From an uncultured virus (IMG/VR IMGVR_UViG_3300027996_000021) (lineage: Duplodnaviria > Heunggongvirae > Uroviricota > Caudoviricetes): DNA of 20,000 nucleotides. Of the stretch, positions 1 to 8,327 are shown in pieces. The position numbers were made by a program, and so were the translations under genes. The notes beneath the pieces were generated by a model, which searched no databases, was not told where the DNA came from, and worked only from the letters and a program-made list of their open reading frames with translations. Position 1 is the stretch's first letter, and each line of letters opens with the position of its first letter. The stretch lies in IMG/VR virus record IMGVR_UViG_3300027996_000021. One strand, given 5' to 3'.

Positions 1-767
1 AAGAGTTGCAATCTGGTTTCAATGAACTGGAGAGTGCAATTAAAGAGGAAGAACAACGAGAGCAGCAATTCAAAACTATTAGTAGGGAGATTGTAAACCT
101 CAACCATGAGATTTCTAAAAACAATTCAACAATATCTAGTTTTCAGAGGCAGGTACGTCAACTCGAATCTGAAATTCAAACTATTGCCAGTCAGCTCGAG
201 AATAGAAATTCTGAACATGAGAAATTAATTTCATTTCAGACACAATTAGATAAACTCTATACAGATCTTTCTGAGCATAAAGAATCTCTAAAATACTACG
301 ACTTTGCGTTTTCACTTCTCAAAGATGGTGGGGTCAAGAGACAAATCATTAAAAAATATTTGCCTCTAATAAATCAACAAGTTAATCGTTACTTGAGGAT
401 GATGGATTTTTACATCAACTTCCAGTTAGATGAAGAATTTAATGAGACTATTCAATCCCCTATTCATGACAAATTCTCATATGCATCTTTCAGTGAAGGT
501 GAAAAAATGAGAATTGATCTTGCATTGTTGTTTACCTGGAGAGAGATTGCTAGATCTAAAAATTCTGTCAATACTAATCTTCTTGTCATGGATGAAGTTT
601 TTGATAGTTCTCTAGATGGATTTGGTACAGAAGAATTTTTAAAGATTATCAAATATGTTATTAAGGGTGCAAATACCTTTGTAATCTCCCATAAAGACGG
701 CCTTTATGATAAATTTGATAACGTAATTAAATTTGATAAGGTAAAAGGTTTTAGTAAAATAGTCTAA
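1..767 (+). CDS. gp46: Recombination endonuclease ATPase subunit gp46 (SbcC/Rad50-like), C-terminal part; 5' end lies outside the window
   Basis: Coiled coil followed by ABC signature FSEGEKMRIDLAL, Walker B LLVMDEVFDSSLD and H-loop FVISH. Confidence 0.95.
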   Translation, partial: ELQSGFNELESAIKEEEQREQQFKTISREIVNLNHEISKNNSTISSFQRQVRQLESEIQTIASQLENRNSEHEKLISFQTQLDKLYTDLSEHKESLKYYDFAFSLLKDGGVKRQIIKKYLPLINQQVNRYLRMMDFYINFQLDEEFNETIQSPIHDKFSYASFSEGEKMRIDLALLFTWREIARSKNSVNTNLLVMDEVFDSSLDGFGTEEFLKIIKYVIKGANTFVISHKDGLYDKFDNVIKFDKVKGFSKIV

Positions 768-770
768 ATA
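764..770 (+). promoter_or_regulatory. Putative T4-type (gp55) late promoter CTAAATA overlapping the gp46 stop codon
   Basis: Matches the TAAATA core of the T4 late consensus TATAAATA, about 20 nt before the next ATG. Confidence 0.5.
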
Positions 771-791
771 ATCAGGATATGACTTAGGTTT

Positions 792-1106
792 ATGCTTTCT
801 ACACAGTACAGACTGCGCCTAGAATTCATCTGCAAGTGTATCGCAAATGGGGAAGAAGTAAAGTTGTCTGATATGATTTGGGCAAATAAACTTGCAAAGG
901 CAAATACCTCTGCCAATGAAATGTTAAAGATGGCCCGCCGTCAAATTACACATAAGATTGAAGAAGGTAGTGCAGATGATTTTCTGAATAGGATGGGATT
1001 AGGTGATCCCGACCCATCTAACCATAGAACAGGATTCACTGATGCTGATGATATTAAAGACTGGTTCAAACAAGACAAACCAGACGACTGGCGTCAGAGA
1101 GATTGA
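792..1106 (+). CDS. Hypothetical phage protein (104 aa)
   Basis: ORF with ATG start downstream of a putative late promoter; no recognised motif. Confidence 0.75.
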   Translation: MLSTQYRLRLEFICKCIANGEEVKLSDMIWANKLAKANTSANEMLKMARRQITHKIEEGSADDFLNRMGLGDPDPSNHRTGFTDADDIKDWFKQDKPDDWRQRD

Positions 1107-1230
1107 TTATGTTTGTATCTGCACATGGGACCCTATTTTTGAGATGATGCGGTATCATTGGGTACACAAGTCAGAAAAGGATCCTGTGCAATTCGTAAAA
1201 AATCTCAACCCAGAGCAAAAAGTGTTATGA
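1102..1230 (+). CDS. Small hypothetical protein (IDYVCICTWDPIFEMMRYHWVHKSEKDP...); start codon uncertain
   Basis: Fills the gap between flanking ORFs, and its TGA overlaps the next ATG (ATGA at 1227-1230). There is no ATG at the expected 5' position. Confidence 0.45.
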   Translation: MDYVCICTWDPIFEMMRYHWVHKSEKDPVQFVKNLNPEQKVL

Positions 1231-1520
1231 AGCAACTTTTTCTAGTTCCTGATGGTGATGACAGATGTGTCACTCATGATGGACATGTCCAGATGGGTAG
1301 TTTCAATCACTCAGTAGAAAAGCATCTTGAGTTATGTCCTGATCAAGACTGGCAGGTAACATACTGGATGCCCGATCCATTGGGGTTGAGGTATAAGCGA
1401 GCAAACTTCCAGCATACTATGAAAGCAAACGAAGGTTCTGCTAGAACTGATAATGCTGGTGATAGTCGTCCTAGGGACTTTCCTGGTCAAGCAGAAAATC
1501 GATTGGAGAGAACATTATGA
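1227..1520 (+). CDS. Hypothetical phage protein (MKQLFLVPDGDD...)
   Basis: ATGA overlaps at both ends, which favours the ATG at 1227 over the ORF-track start at 1158. Confidence 0.7.
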   Translation: MKQLFLVPDGDDRCVTHDGHVQMGSFNHSVEKHLELCPDQDWQVTYWMPDPLGLRYKRANFQHTMKANEGSARTDNAGDSRPRDFPGQAENRLERTL

Positions 1521-1657
1521 AGATGTGGGAGACAAAGTGTGTTGGGTGTGGTAAAATGGTTCCAGCGAATCAAACACCTCAAGTAGGACACCAAGCACCT
1601 GACGGTAGTTGGACAAATTCGTTATGTAAAACTTGCTGGATAAAATCTAAGAAATGA
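1517..1657 (+). CDS. Small putative Zn-ribbon protein (46 aa), not in the ORF track
   Basis: Manual translation MKMWETKCVGCGKMVPANQTPQVGHQAPDGSWTNSLCKTCWIKSKK. Two CxxC motifs and ATGA overlaps with both neighbours. Confidence 0.7.
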   Translation: MKMWETKCVGCGKMVPANQTPQVGHQAPDGSWTNSLCKTCWIKSKK

Positions 1658-1929
1658 AATTTCAAGCATTAGTATTCATCCGATTACGATCTCAGGTAGA
1701 TGACTCACCAGGCAACGCCGTGAGAGATGCCTGTAAGCGATTGTCCGAGTTAGACATCAAGAAACTGAGACTTGGTAAGGTCATTGATGTTTGGTTGGAA
1801 GCAGAGAGCAGAGCGGCAGCTGCGAGGGAACTTGAAATGCTATCTGATAGATTCCTTGCTAACACAGTCATGGAAGACTGGGACTACGAACTGACTGAGA
1901 TTGACACTTTCCCTGAAGGTATTGAATAA
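1654..1929 (+). CDS. purS: Phosphoribosylformylglycinamidine synthase subunit PurS (host-like auxiliary metabolic gene)
   Basis: 91 aa with PurS-typical segments LRSQVDDSPGNAV, LRLGKVIDV and LANTVMEDW. Confidence 0.88.
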   Translation: MKFQALVFIRLRSQVDDSPGNAVRDACKRLSELDIKKLRLGKVIDVWLEAESRAAAARELEMLSDRFLANTVMEDWDYELTEIDTFPEGIE

Positions 1930-2132
1930 TGGATGATTTTAACACACCAGGATCTAATAAATCTTGGATGGACGATGGGTTCAAAAAATATATAACTGAG
2001 TATCAACTAGATAATGTTGTGAAATTACTAGATGCTAAAATAGAACGTTGTCGTGTTTACAATAGCGACAATAGAGATGAAGTATATAATCAAATCACCA
2101 TTACTTACAAAGAAGACACATGCAAGCAGTAA
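1929..2132 (+). CDS. Hypothetical phage protein (67 aa)
   Basis: Translationally coupled ORF (TAATG overlap with purS). Confidence 0.65.
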   Translation: MDDFNTPGSNKSWMDDGFKKYITEYQLDNVVKLLDAKIERCRVYNSDNRDEVYNQITITYKEDTCKQ

Positions 2133-2383
2133 TCTATTCTAACGGTAGTCAAGAGTGTGAGCGTATCACAGCATTACTTAAGTCAATGGGCGGAGAGTTC
2201 CATGAGTATAACCTCAACGAACACTTTACTCAAAGAGCGTTTGAAGCAGAGTTTGGACCTGAGGCTACATATCCCCAGGTTGCCATTGGTGCCAAGCATC
2301 TTGGTAGTCTAAAAGATGTGCTACACTTCCTAAAGGAGAACCATTTGTTAAATGAAAGTCCCCAATTGGCAACATCACTCTAA
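2120..2383 (+). CDS. Glutaredoxin-like protein with a degenerate active site (SQEC)
   Basis: Thioredoxin-fold pattern: VIYS-xx-SQEC, cis-Pro motif TYPQV, and IGAKHLG. Confidence 0.75.
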   Translation: MQAVIYSNGSQECERITALLKSMGGEFHEYNLNEHFTQRAFEAEFGPEATYPQVAIGAKHLGSLKDVLHFLKENHLLNESPQLATSL

Positions 2384-2573
2384 GAAGAGTCAAAAAAGAA
2401 AACTCAAACCGCAGGCGATGAGATCTCGTCGCGCTGCCTTGAGCCACTTTAAAAAGTGTCACAGTACCTCGCCCAAAAAGCGAGGTTCTTTTGTATACTA
2501 CGTTCATACGAAACAAATCAATGGCAGTTTCTCACGAAATCAAATCTCAACTTGCCAAACTTCTAGCAACTGA
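2352..2573 (+). CDS. Small basic hypothetical protein (MKVPNWQHHSKK...)
   Basis: K/R-rich ORF. Its 3' half runs through a terminator/promoter and overlaps the next gene, so the C-terminus is doubtful. Confidence 0.45.
   Translation: MKVPNWQHHSKKSQKRKLKPQAMRSRRAALSHFKKCHSTSPKKRGSFVYYVHTKQINGSFSRNQISTCQTSSN
2445..2499 (+). promoter_or_regulatory. Putative early promoter: palindrome CACTTT-AA-AAAGTG plus -10 TATACT
   Basis: Palindrome at 2445-2458 and TATACT at 2494-2499. The same architecture recurs at 4685-4739. Confidence 0.6.
2466..2492 (+). terminator. Rho-independent terminator-like hairpin
   Basis: ACCTCGC-ccaaaaa-GCGAGGT followed by TCTTTT. Confidence 0.6.
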
Positions 2574-4683
2574 AGATCTGGTTGTTGAGCATAAGAAGGT
2601 TCGTACTGCTTCCTTTAACGTCCATACACGGGTCCTAACTCTTCCTATGTGGGAAAAGGCGTCTAATATCGTTTATGATCTTCTGGTGGGTCATGAAGTG
2701 GGCCATGCATTGTATACTCCTGATATAGATTGGAGTAAAGATAGAGTTATCCCACCATCTTTTGTAAATATTGTTGAAGATGCTCGTATCGAAAAGATGA
2801 TGAAGCGTCGTTATGGTGGTCTATCTAAAACTTTCTTCGCTGGTTATCAAGAACTTTCAGACGAAGATTTTTTTGAAGTTGAAGATGAAGATATTAGTAA
2901 AATGAGTCTTGCAGATCGTGCAAATCTATACTTCAAAATTGGAAACTATGTTGATATTCCTTTTGCTAATCAGGAGGAGGATCGTCTGATCCAAGCAGTT
3001 GCAAATTGTGAAACATTTGATGATGTTCTTGATGTGTCCGAAGAAATTTATAATTACTGTAAAGAGACTCAAGAAAATAATTCTGTAGATTTAAAACCAA
3101 CATCACAAAATCAAGACCCTAATGGTCAACAGGATAGTGATCAACAGCAAGATAAAGAATGGTTTACTGAAGAAAATCCTGATGAAAAGGGTGAAGAATT
3201 AGAAAGAACTGATCCAGATCTTGATACTCCAAGTTATCAGCAGGAAGATCAACCCTCTGATAATGAACCAGAAGTTAAGACTGATGCAGCTTTCGATAAA
3301 AATATTGAAGATCTTATTGATGATTTATCTACTACTGAGAATAATTATGTTGAACTTCCAAAACTTGATCTGAATAAAATCATTGTAGATACTACAAAGT
3401 TTCATGATTATCTAAACAAATCTTTTGATGATATGCAAGAAGAATCTGATAGTAGACATATCATGTATGAAAGAACTCCAGTTAATATCTATGAAATAGC
3501 TGATACTCAGTATAAAAAATTTAAAAAATCTGCTCAGAAAGAAGTCAGTTATCTTGTAAAAGAATTTGAATGTAAAAAATCTGCTGCTTCTTATTCCCGA
3601 GCAACTACTGCTCGTACTGGAGTTTTAGATTGTTCCAAACTACACACCTATAAGTACAACGAAGATCTCTTTAAGAAAGTTACAACTCTTGCTGATGGTA
3701 AGAACCATGGTTTGGTGTTTGTTCTTGATTGGAGTGGTTCAATGTCAGGAACTCTTTTGGACACTATCAAACAACTATTCAACTTGATTTGGTTTTGTAA
3801 AAAAACTAATATTCCTTTTGAAGTCTATGCGTTCACTAACAACTGGAGAGAACCTGATCCTAATCACAATGGATATTTTAAAATGCCAGATCCATCTTAT
3901 GAATTAAAAGATGGTATTCTACAAGTCAGTAAAGACTTTAATCTACTTAATATGCTCAGTAATAGAATCAAAACTTCCGAGTTTGAAAATTGTATGAAAA
4001 ATGTCTGGAGACTTTGTGCTGCATATAGTAACACATCTAGCATGTATGATGTTCCATCTCATGCTGGATTATCTGGAACACCTCTCAATGAAGCAATTGT
4101 TTGCCTAAATCAAATTCTTCCAGACTTTAAAAAGAAAAACAAACTTGAAAAAGTTCAATGTGTTATTTTGACTGATGGTGAAGCTCATCCTCTAAATCGT
4201 CACGTTGAAATCTCATATGCATATAATAAAGAAGAAAGTTTTATTGGCACTAGGTCTGTTTATCCAAATGCAACTTTTCTTCGTGATCGTAAACTTGGTA
4301 AAACCTATTGTTTTGGTTATGGGTATCATAAGTTCACGGAAACTCTTTTAAATAATCTTCGTGATCGTTATCCAGATATTAACTTTATTGGTATTCGTGT
4401 TCTTGGTCCTCGCGAAGCAACAAAATTCATGCAAATGTATTTAAAATCTGAAGAGTTTCTTAATGCAGAAAAATCTTGGAAAAATAATCGTAGTTTTTCT
4501 ATGAAAAATGTGGGATACACTGCATACTTTGGGTTATCTTCTAACGGACTTTCCCAGAATTCTGAATTTGAAGTTAATGATAATGCAACTAAAGGTCAAA
4601 TCCGAAGTGCATTCAAGAAGTCTTTAAACTCTAAGAAAATGAACAAGAAAGTTCTTTCAGAATTCATCTCTCTTGTTTGCTGA
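2521..4683 (+). CDS. CobT-like protein: N-terminal HExxH metallopeptidase-like domain, acidic linker and C-terminal vWA domain
   Basis: HEVGH, NIVEDARIE, D/E/Q-rich linker, MIDAS motif LDWSGSM, GTPL and ILTDGE. ATG at 2521 follows the promoter. Confidence 0.85.
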   Translation: MAVSHEIKSQLAKLLATEDLVVEHKKVRTASFNVHTRVLTLPMWEKASNIVYDLLVGHEVGHALYTPDIDWSKDRVIPPSFVNIVEDARIEKMMKRRYGGLSKTFFAGYQELSDEDFFEVEDEDISKMSLADRANLYFKIGNYVDIPFANQEEDRLIQAVANCETFDDVLDVSEEIYNYCKETQENNSVDLKPTSQNQDPNGQQDSDQQQDKEWFTEENPDEKGEELERTDPDLDTPSYQQEDQPSDNEPEVKTDAAFDKNIEDLIDDLSTTENNYVELPKLDLNKIIVDTTKFHDYLNKSFDDMQEESDSRHIMYERTPVNIYEIADTQYKKFKKSAQKEVSYLVKEFECKKSAASYSRATTARTGVLDCSKLHTYKYNEDLFKKVTTLADGKNHGLVFVLDWSGSMSGTLLDTIKQLFNLIWFCKKTNIPFEVYAFTNNWREPDPNHNGYFKMPDPSYELKDGILQVSKDFNLLNMLSNRIKTSEFENCMKNVWRLCAAYSNTSSMYDVPSHAGLSGTPLNEAIVCLNQILPDFKKKNKLEKVQCVILTDGEAHPLNRHVEISYAYNKEESFIGTRSVYPNATFLRDRKLGKTYCFGYGYHKFTETLLNNLRDRYPDINFIGIRVLGPREATKFMQMYLKSEEFLNAEKSWKNNRSFSMKNVGYTAYFGLSSNGLSQNSEFEVNDNATKGQIRSAFKKSLNSKKMNKKVLSEFISLVC

Positions 4684-4684
4684 T

Positions 4685-4739
4685 CCAGTTTAGAAACTGG
4701 CGGCCACCCCTTCCATTTTTATTCATTATCCCCTATAAT
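4685..4739 (+). promoter_or_regulatory. Putative early promoter: palindrome CCAGTTT-AG-AAACTGG plus -10 TATAAT
   Basis: Palindrome at 4685-4700 and perfect TATAAT at 4734-4739, upstream of the ATG at 4762. Confidence 0.62.
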
Positions 4740-4761
4740 AAGTACATCAAACAAACCACCC

Positions 4762-5829
4762 ATGGCAATTTCCTCCGAGTATATCGTTTCATCTCTTCAG
4801 CAAATCTATGGAGATAAAATTTCTTCTGGAGATCTACGTGCATGGTCTGCACTAAATGGAGTTAGTTATCAGACTATCACTAATAAACTTGCTGATCGTA
4901 AAATTGGTCGTGGTAAGTGGAATCTAGAAGTAACACAAGAAACTGTGAAAGAGTTGGAAGTAACTTATAGTGCTCCTGCAGCATTACCCGCAATCGAGCA
5001 AAATCTTGTTCCTGAAAAAGATGCTAACTTCGTCCAGTTTGGTAACTTTAAAGATCTTAAAAAAATTATTAACTCCCGTAATTTTTATCCAACGTTCATC
5101 ACGGGTCTTTCGGGTAATGGTAAAACGTTCTCTGTGGAGCAAGCATGTGCTATTCTAAATAGAGAGTTAATTCGCGTGAACATCACGATTGAAACCGACG
5201 AAGATGATCTTATTGGTGGGTTCCGTCTGGTTAATGGCGAAACTGTTTGGCATAATGGTCCTGTCATCGAAGCTTTGGAACGTGGAGCTGTGTTGCTTCT
5301 AGACGAGGTTGACCTTGCATCAAACAAGATCCTATGTCTACAATCTGTTCTTGAAGGAAGAGGTGTTTTTCTTAAAAAGACTGGTCGTTTTGTAAAACCT
5401 GCTGCTGGTTTTAACATCATTGCCACTGCTAATACTAAAGGTAAGGGATCTGAGGACGGACGATTTATTGGAACTAACGTTCTTAATGAAGCATTCCTTG
5501 AAAGATTTCCAGTAACATTTGAACAAGAGTATCCTCTACCTGCAACAGAGCAGAAGATTCTTACTTCTATGATTGATGATAATCAATTTTGTAAGAATCT
5601 TGTAGATTGGGCAGACATCATCCGCAAAACATTCTTTGACGGGGGTGTTGAGGAAGTGATCAGTACACGTCGTTTAGTTCATATTGTTCAAGCCTATATC
5701 ATCTTTGGTGATAAGGCAAAGGCTATTCAAATTTGTCTGAATCGCTTTGATGATGAAACCAAACAAGCATTTCTTGAACTATATGACAAAGTTGATACTG
5801 ATGTAAATTTTGAAGAAAATGAACTATAG
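4762..5829 (+). CDS. cobS: CobS-like / MoxR-family AAA+ ATPase
   Basis: Walker A GLSGNGKT, Walker B LLLDEVD, sensor ATANTKG, NEAFLERF and STRRL. Adjacent to a vWA protein. Confidence 0.9.
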   Translation: MAISSEYIVSSLQQIYGDKISSGDLRAWSALNGVSYQTITNKLADRKIGRGKWNLEVTQETVKELEVTYSAPAALPAIEQNLVPEKDANFVQFGNFKDLKKIINSRNFYPTFITGLSGNGKTFSVEQACAILNRELIRVNITIETDEDDLIGGFRLVNGETVWHNGPVIEALERGAVLLLDEVDLASNKILCLQSVLEGRGVFLKKTGRFVKPAAGFNIIATANTKGKGSEDGRFIGTNVLNEAFLERFPVTFEQEYPLPATEQKILTSMIDDNQFCKNLVDWADIIRKTFFDGGVEEVISTRRLVHIVQAYIIFGDKAKAIQICLNRFDDETKQAFLELYDKVDTDVNFEENEL

Positions 5830-6394
5830 TCAATTATCTGATGAAGTTTTCTGGGTGAAACAAATTTACTCAGAAGATTACTTTCAAACTATAAGTGAAG
5901 AGTTTGATCTAAGATATAATCATGTGGCATTCACTAAAAGAGAAATCTTAGGTCAACCTTGCTTTGGAACTTTGCAGGATACTGCCACGTATTTTTCTGG
6001 ATCGGCTTCCAATAATAATCTTGGATGGAATTACAAATTTATCGATGCATCGATACGTGCCAGACTCTACGTTCAAAAAATTCTCAAAAGAAATGTAAAA
6101 CTTTCGAGAGTAAATACCAATTTGCAATTCTTTGGGCAAGAGTCTGATTGGCATACTGATTATGTAGAAGATGGTAATGCTTGGTCATTTGTAATCTATG
6201 TAAATCAAAACTGGGATTTAACTTGGGATGGTCAATTTGTTGTTGAAACGAATGATGGGGAGTATATTAATGTAAGCCCAATCCCCAATACTGGAGTTCT
6301 GTTTAATGCTAAATTAGAACACCGAGGAGGAGCTCCAAATAGATTTGCTATGGATTCACGATGGTCTATTGCTTTTTTGTTTGAAGAGGTGTAG
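5810..6394 (+). CDS. 2OG-Fe(II) oxygenase (prolyl-hydroxylase-like)
   Basis: HxD (WHTD), distal His (LEHRG), 2OG-binding Arg (SRWSIAF) and WxxxWxG motif. Confidence 0.85.
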   Translation: MKKMNYSQLSDEVFWVKQIYSEDYFQTISEEFDLRYNHVAFTKREILGQPCFGTLQDTATYFSGSASNNNLGWNYKFIDASIRARLYVQKILKRNVKLSRVNTNLQFFGQESDWHTDYVEDGNAWSFVIYVNQNWDLTWDGQFVVETNDGEYINVSPIPNTGVLFNAKLEHRGGAPNRFAMDSRWSIAFLFEEV

Positions 6395-6397
6395 AAT

Positions 6398-6940
6398 ATG
6401 ACTAATTCTTGGGGTTTTCTTTACGACGAAATGAATAATGGGGATGATATTATGAGCGATGATCCTTTGGATAAACTAGCTCAGGATACATATGCAAGAT
6501 ATGTGTCCGCATATGATGATGGATGGACTGCACAATCTAAACAAAACACTATGAATGACAATGACAATATGCCACCTTGGGGGCATAGCGATATGGAAGC
6601 ACTTGGAAATCAAATTGATTTAAATCTTGAAAGTACTTCTAATAATCGTTTTTGGAAGTATGAAGAAGATTTGACCCTGAAAGAAATTCGTGACTATCTT
6701 TCAGGAACTTATAAATCACACTATACTTCTCTAGAATCAAAAACTCAGACTCTTGATCTTATTGAAGGTATTGGTGATGCAGAACCATTCTGCCGATCAA
6801 ATGCAATCAAATACCTATCTCGGTTTGGCAAAAAGAATGGTAAGTCACGTCTTGACATTTTGAAGGCAATCCATTATTGTATCCTTCTCTACCATTTCTC
6901 TGGACTACACAAAAACAACTCTTCTGACTTCCCTTATTGA
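6398..6940 (+). CDS. DUF3310-like (T7 gp1.7-like) protein with an acidic N-terminal extension
   Basis: C-terminal HY...FCRSNAIKYLSRFGKKNG...DILKAIHY pattern. Confidence 0.7.
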   Translation: MTNSWGFLYDEMNNGDDIMSDDPLDKLAQDTYARYVSAYDDGWTAQSKQNTMNDNDNMPPWGHSDMEALGNQIDLNLESTSNNRFWKYEEDLTLKEIRDYLSGTYKSHYTSLESKTQTLDLIEGIGDAEPFCRSNAIKYLSRFGKKNGKSRLDILKAIHYCILLYHFSGLHKNNSSDFPY

Positions 6941-6941
6941 T

Positions 6942-7616
6942 ATGAAACTTTCCAAGCAAACTATTGCCATCTTGAACAACTTTTCTGACATCAACCAGTC
7001 TCTTCTAGTCAAGAAAGGCAATCAACTTCGTACTATCTCTGTCATGAAGAATATTTTGGCCGAGTGTACAATCAATGAAGAGTTTGCAAAAGACTTTGCA
7101 ATTTATGATCTACCACAGTTCCTAAAAGTTCTACGCCTCTATCAGGATCCAGAACTTGATTTCACTGAAGACAGCTATGTCACAATTCGTGAAGGTAAGA
7201 ATCGTTCTCGTTACTTCTTCGCTGATCCTAATGTAATCGTTTCCCCTCCAGAAAAAGCATTGGTACTTCCTAGTAAAGATGTATCCTTCACGATTACTCC
7301 AAGTCATTTGAGTCAGCTGCTTCAGGCAGCAAATACTCTAGATCTTCCAGATCTATCTGTAATTGGCGATGCAGGTGTGATTCGTTTGTCTGCTCGGGAC
7401 AAAAAGAATGATACTTCTAATGATCACTCAATTGTTGTTGGTGAAACTGATAAGGAGTTTGCATTCAATTTCAAGGTTGAGAATATAAAGATTCTTCCTG
7501 GAAACTATGTTGTAACCATTTCCAGGAAGTGTTTGGCACAATTCACCAACACTGTAGAGTCTCAGGCCCTCAACTACTTCATTGCACTAGAACCAGATTC
7601 GGTATATAATGGGTGA
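6942..7616 (+). CDS. gp45: Sliding clamp gp45
   Basis: MKLSKQTIAILNNFSDINQS, FAIYDL and YFIALE; located upstream of gp44. Confidence 0.95.
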   Translation: MKLSKQTIAILNNFSDINQSLLVKKGNQLRTISVMKNILAECTINEEFAKDFAIYDLPQFLKVLRLYQDPELDFTEDSYVTIREGKNRSRYFFADPNVIVSPPEKALVLPSKDVSFTITPSHLSQLLQAANTLDLPDLSVIGDAGVIRLSARDKKNDTSNDHSIVVGETDKEFAFNFKVENIKILPGNYVVTISRKCLAQFTNTVESQALNYFIALEPDSVYNG

Positions 7617-7650
7617 GAGGACTCATCTCTACACTTCACCAAATGGTTAA

Positions 7651-8178
7651 ATGAATATCTTTGTTACTGATCCCGATCCTTGGAAGTCTGCACAAGTTCT
7701 CCCCGACAAACACATCGTCAAGATGCCTCTAGAGACCTGTCAGATGCTTGCCATTGTTTGTTCGGATAAATGGGGTCATGGATTCGGCACTCTTCCCAAG
7801 GCAGACGGTACACCCTATGCCACTGAGAAGGGTGCTTTTCGTAATCATCCCTGTACTGTATGGGCTAATGAGTTTGTGATGAACTGGCAGTGGTTGCTTG
7901 CTCATGGCATTGCACTCTGTGATGAGTACAAAATGCGCTATGGGAAGGTTCACACCTGCTTTCATACTCTGATGGCAGCAAAGGAAATTTTGCCCACAGG
8001 AGATCCTACAGGGCGCTCTGGTAATGGTCCAACATCTTTTGTTTTTGCTGGTCCTGATGAGTTCAAATATGATACGAGCATTGATATCTTCACTGCTTAC
8101 AAACGCTATATTGCATCTAAACCTTGGGTGTGCGACAATTACCTTCGTCTCCCCCATCGCAAACCTGATTGGGCATAA
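7651..8178 (+). CDS. Pyrimidine-dimer DNA glycosylase / endonuclease V-like protein
   Basis: MNIFVTDPDP...DKHIVKMPLETCQML...NHPCTVW...YKRYI pattern of the Pyr_excise-like family. Confidence 0.7.
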   Translation: MNIFVTDPDPWKSAQVLPDKHIVKMPLETCQMLAIVCSDKWGHGFGTLPKADGTPYATEKGAFRNHPCTVWANEFVMNWQWLLAHGIALCDEYKMRYGKVHTCFHTLMAAKEILPTGDPTGRSGNGPTSFVFAGPDEFKYDTSIDIFTAYKRYIASKPWVCDNYLRLPHRKPDWA

Positions 8179-8327
8179 TGTATACTACTCTGACCGTTGA
8201 TGAAAACGGAATTCTAACATTCCCCGAAAAGTTTCTTGAAGAGCTTGGATGGAAAGAGGGAGACCTTCTGGAATGGATTCCTAATGATGACAACTCATTT
8301 ACTTTGGTGAAAAAAGAACATGCGTAA
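8178..8327 (+). CDS. AbrB/MazE/SpoVT-like small DNA-binding protein (49 aa), not in the ORF track
   Basis: Manual translation MYTTLTVDENGILTFPEKFLEELGWKEGDLLEWIPNDDNSFTLVKKEHA, with the swapped-hairpin signature LxFP...LGWKEGD. Confidence 0.75.
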   Translation: MYTTLTVDENGILTFPEKFLEELGWKEGDLLEWIPNDDNSFTLVKKEHA

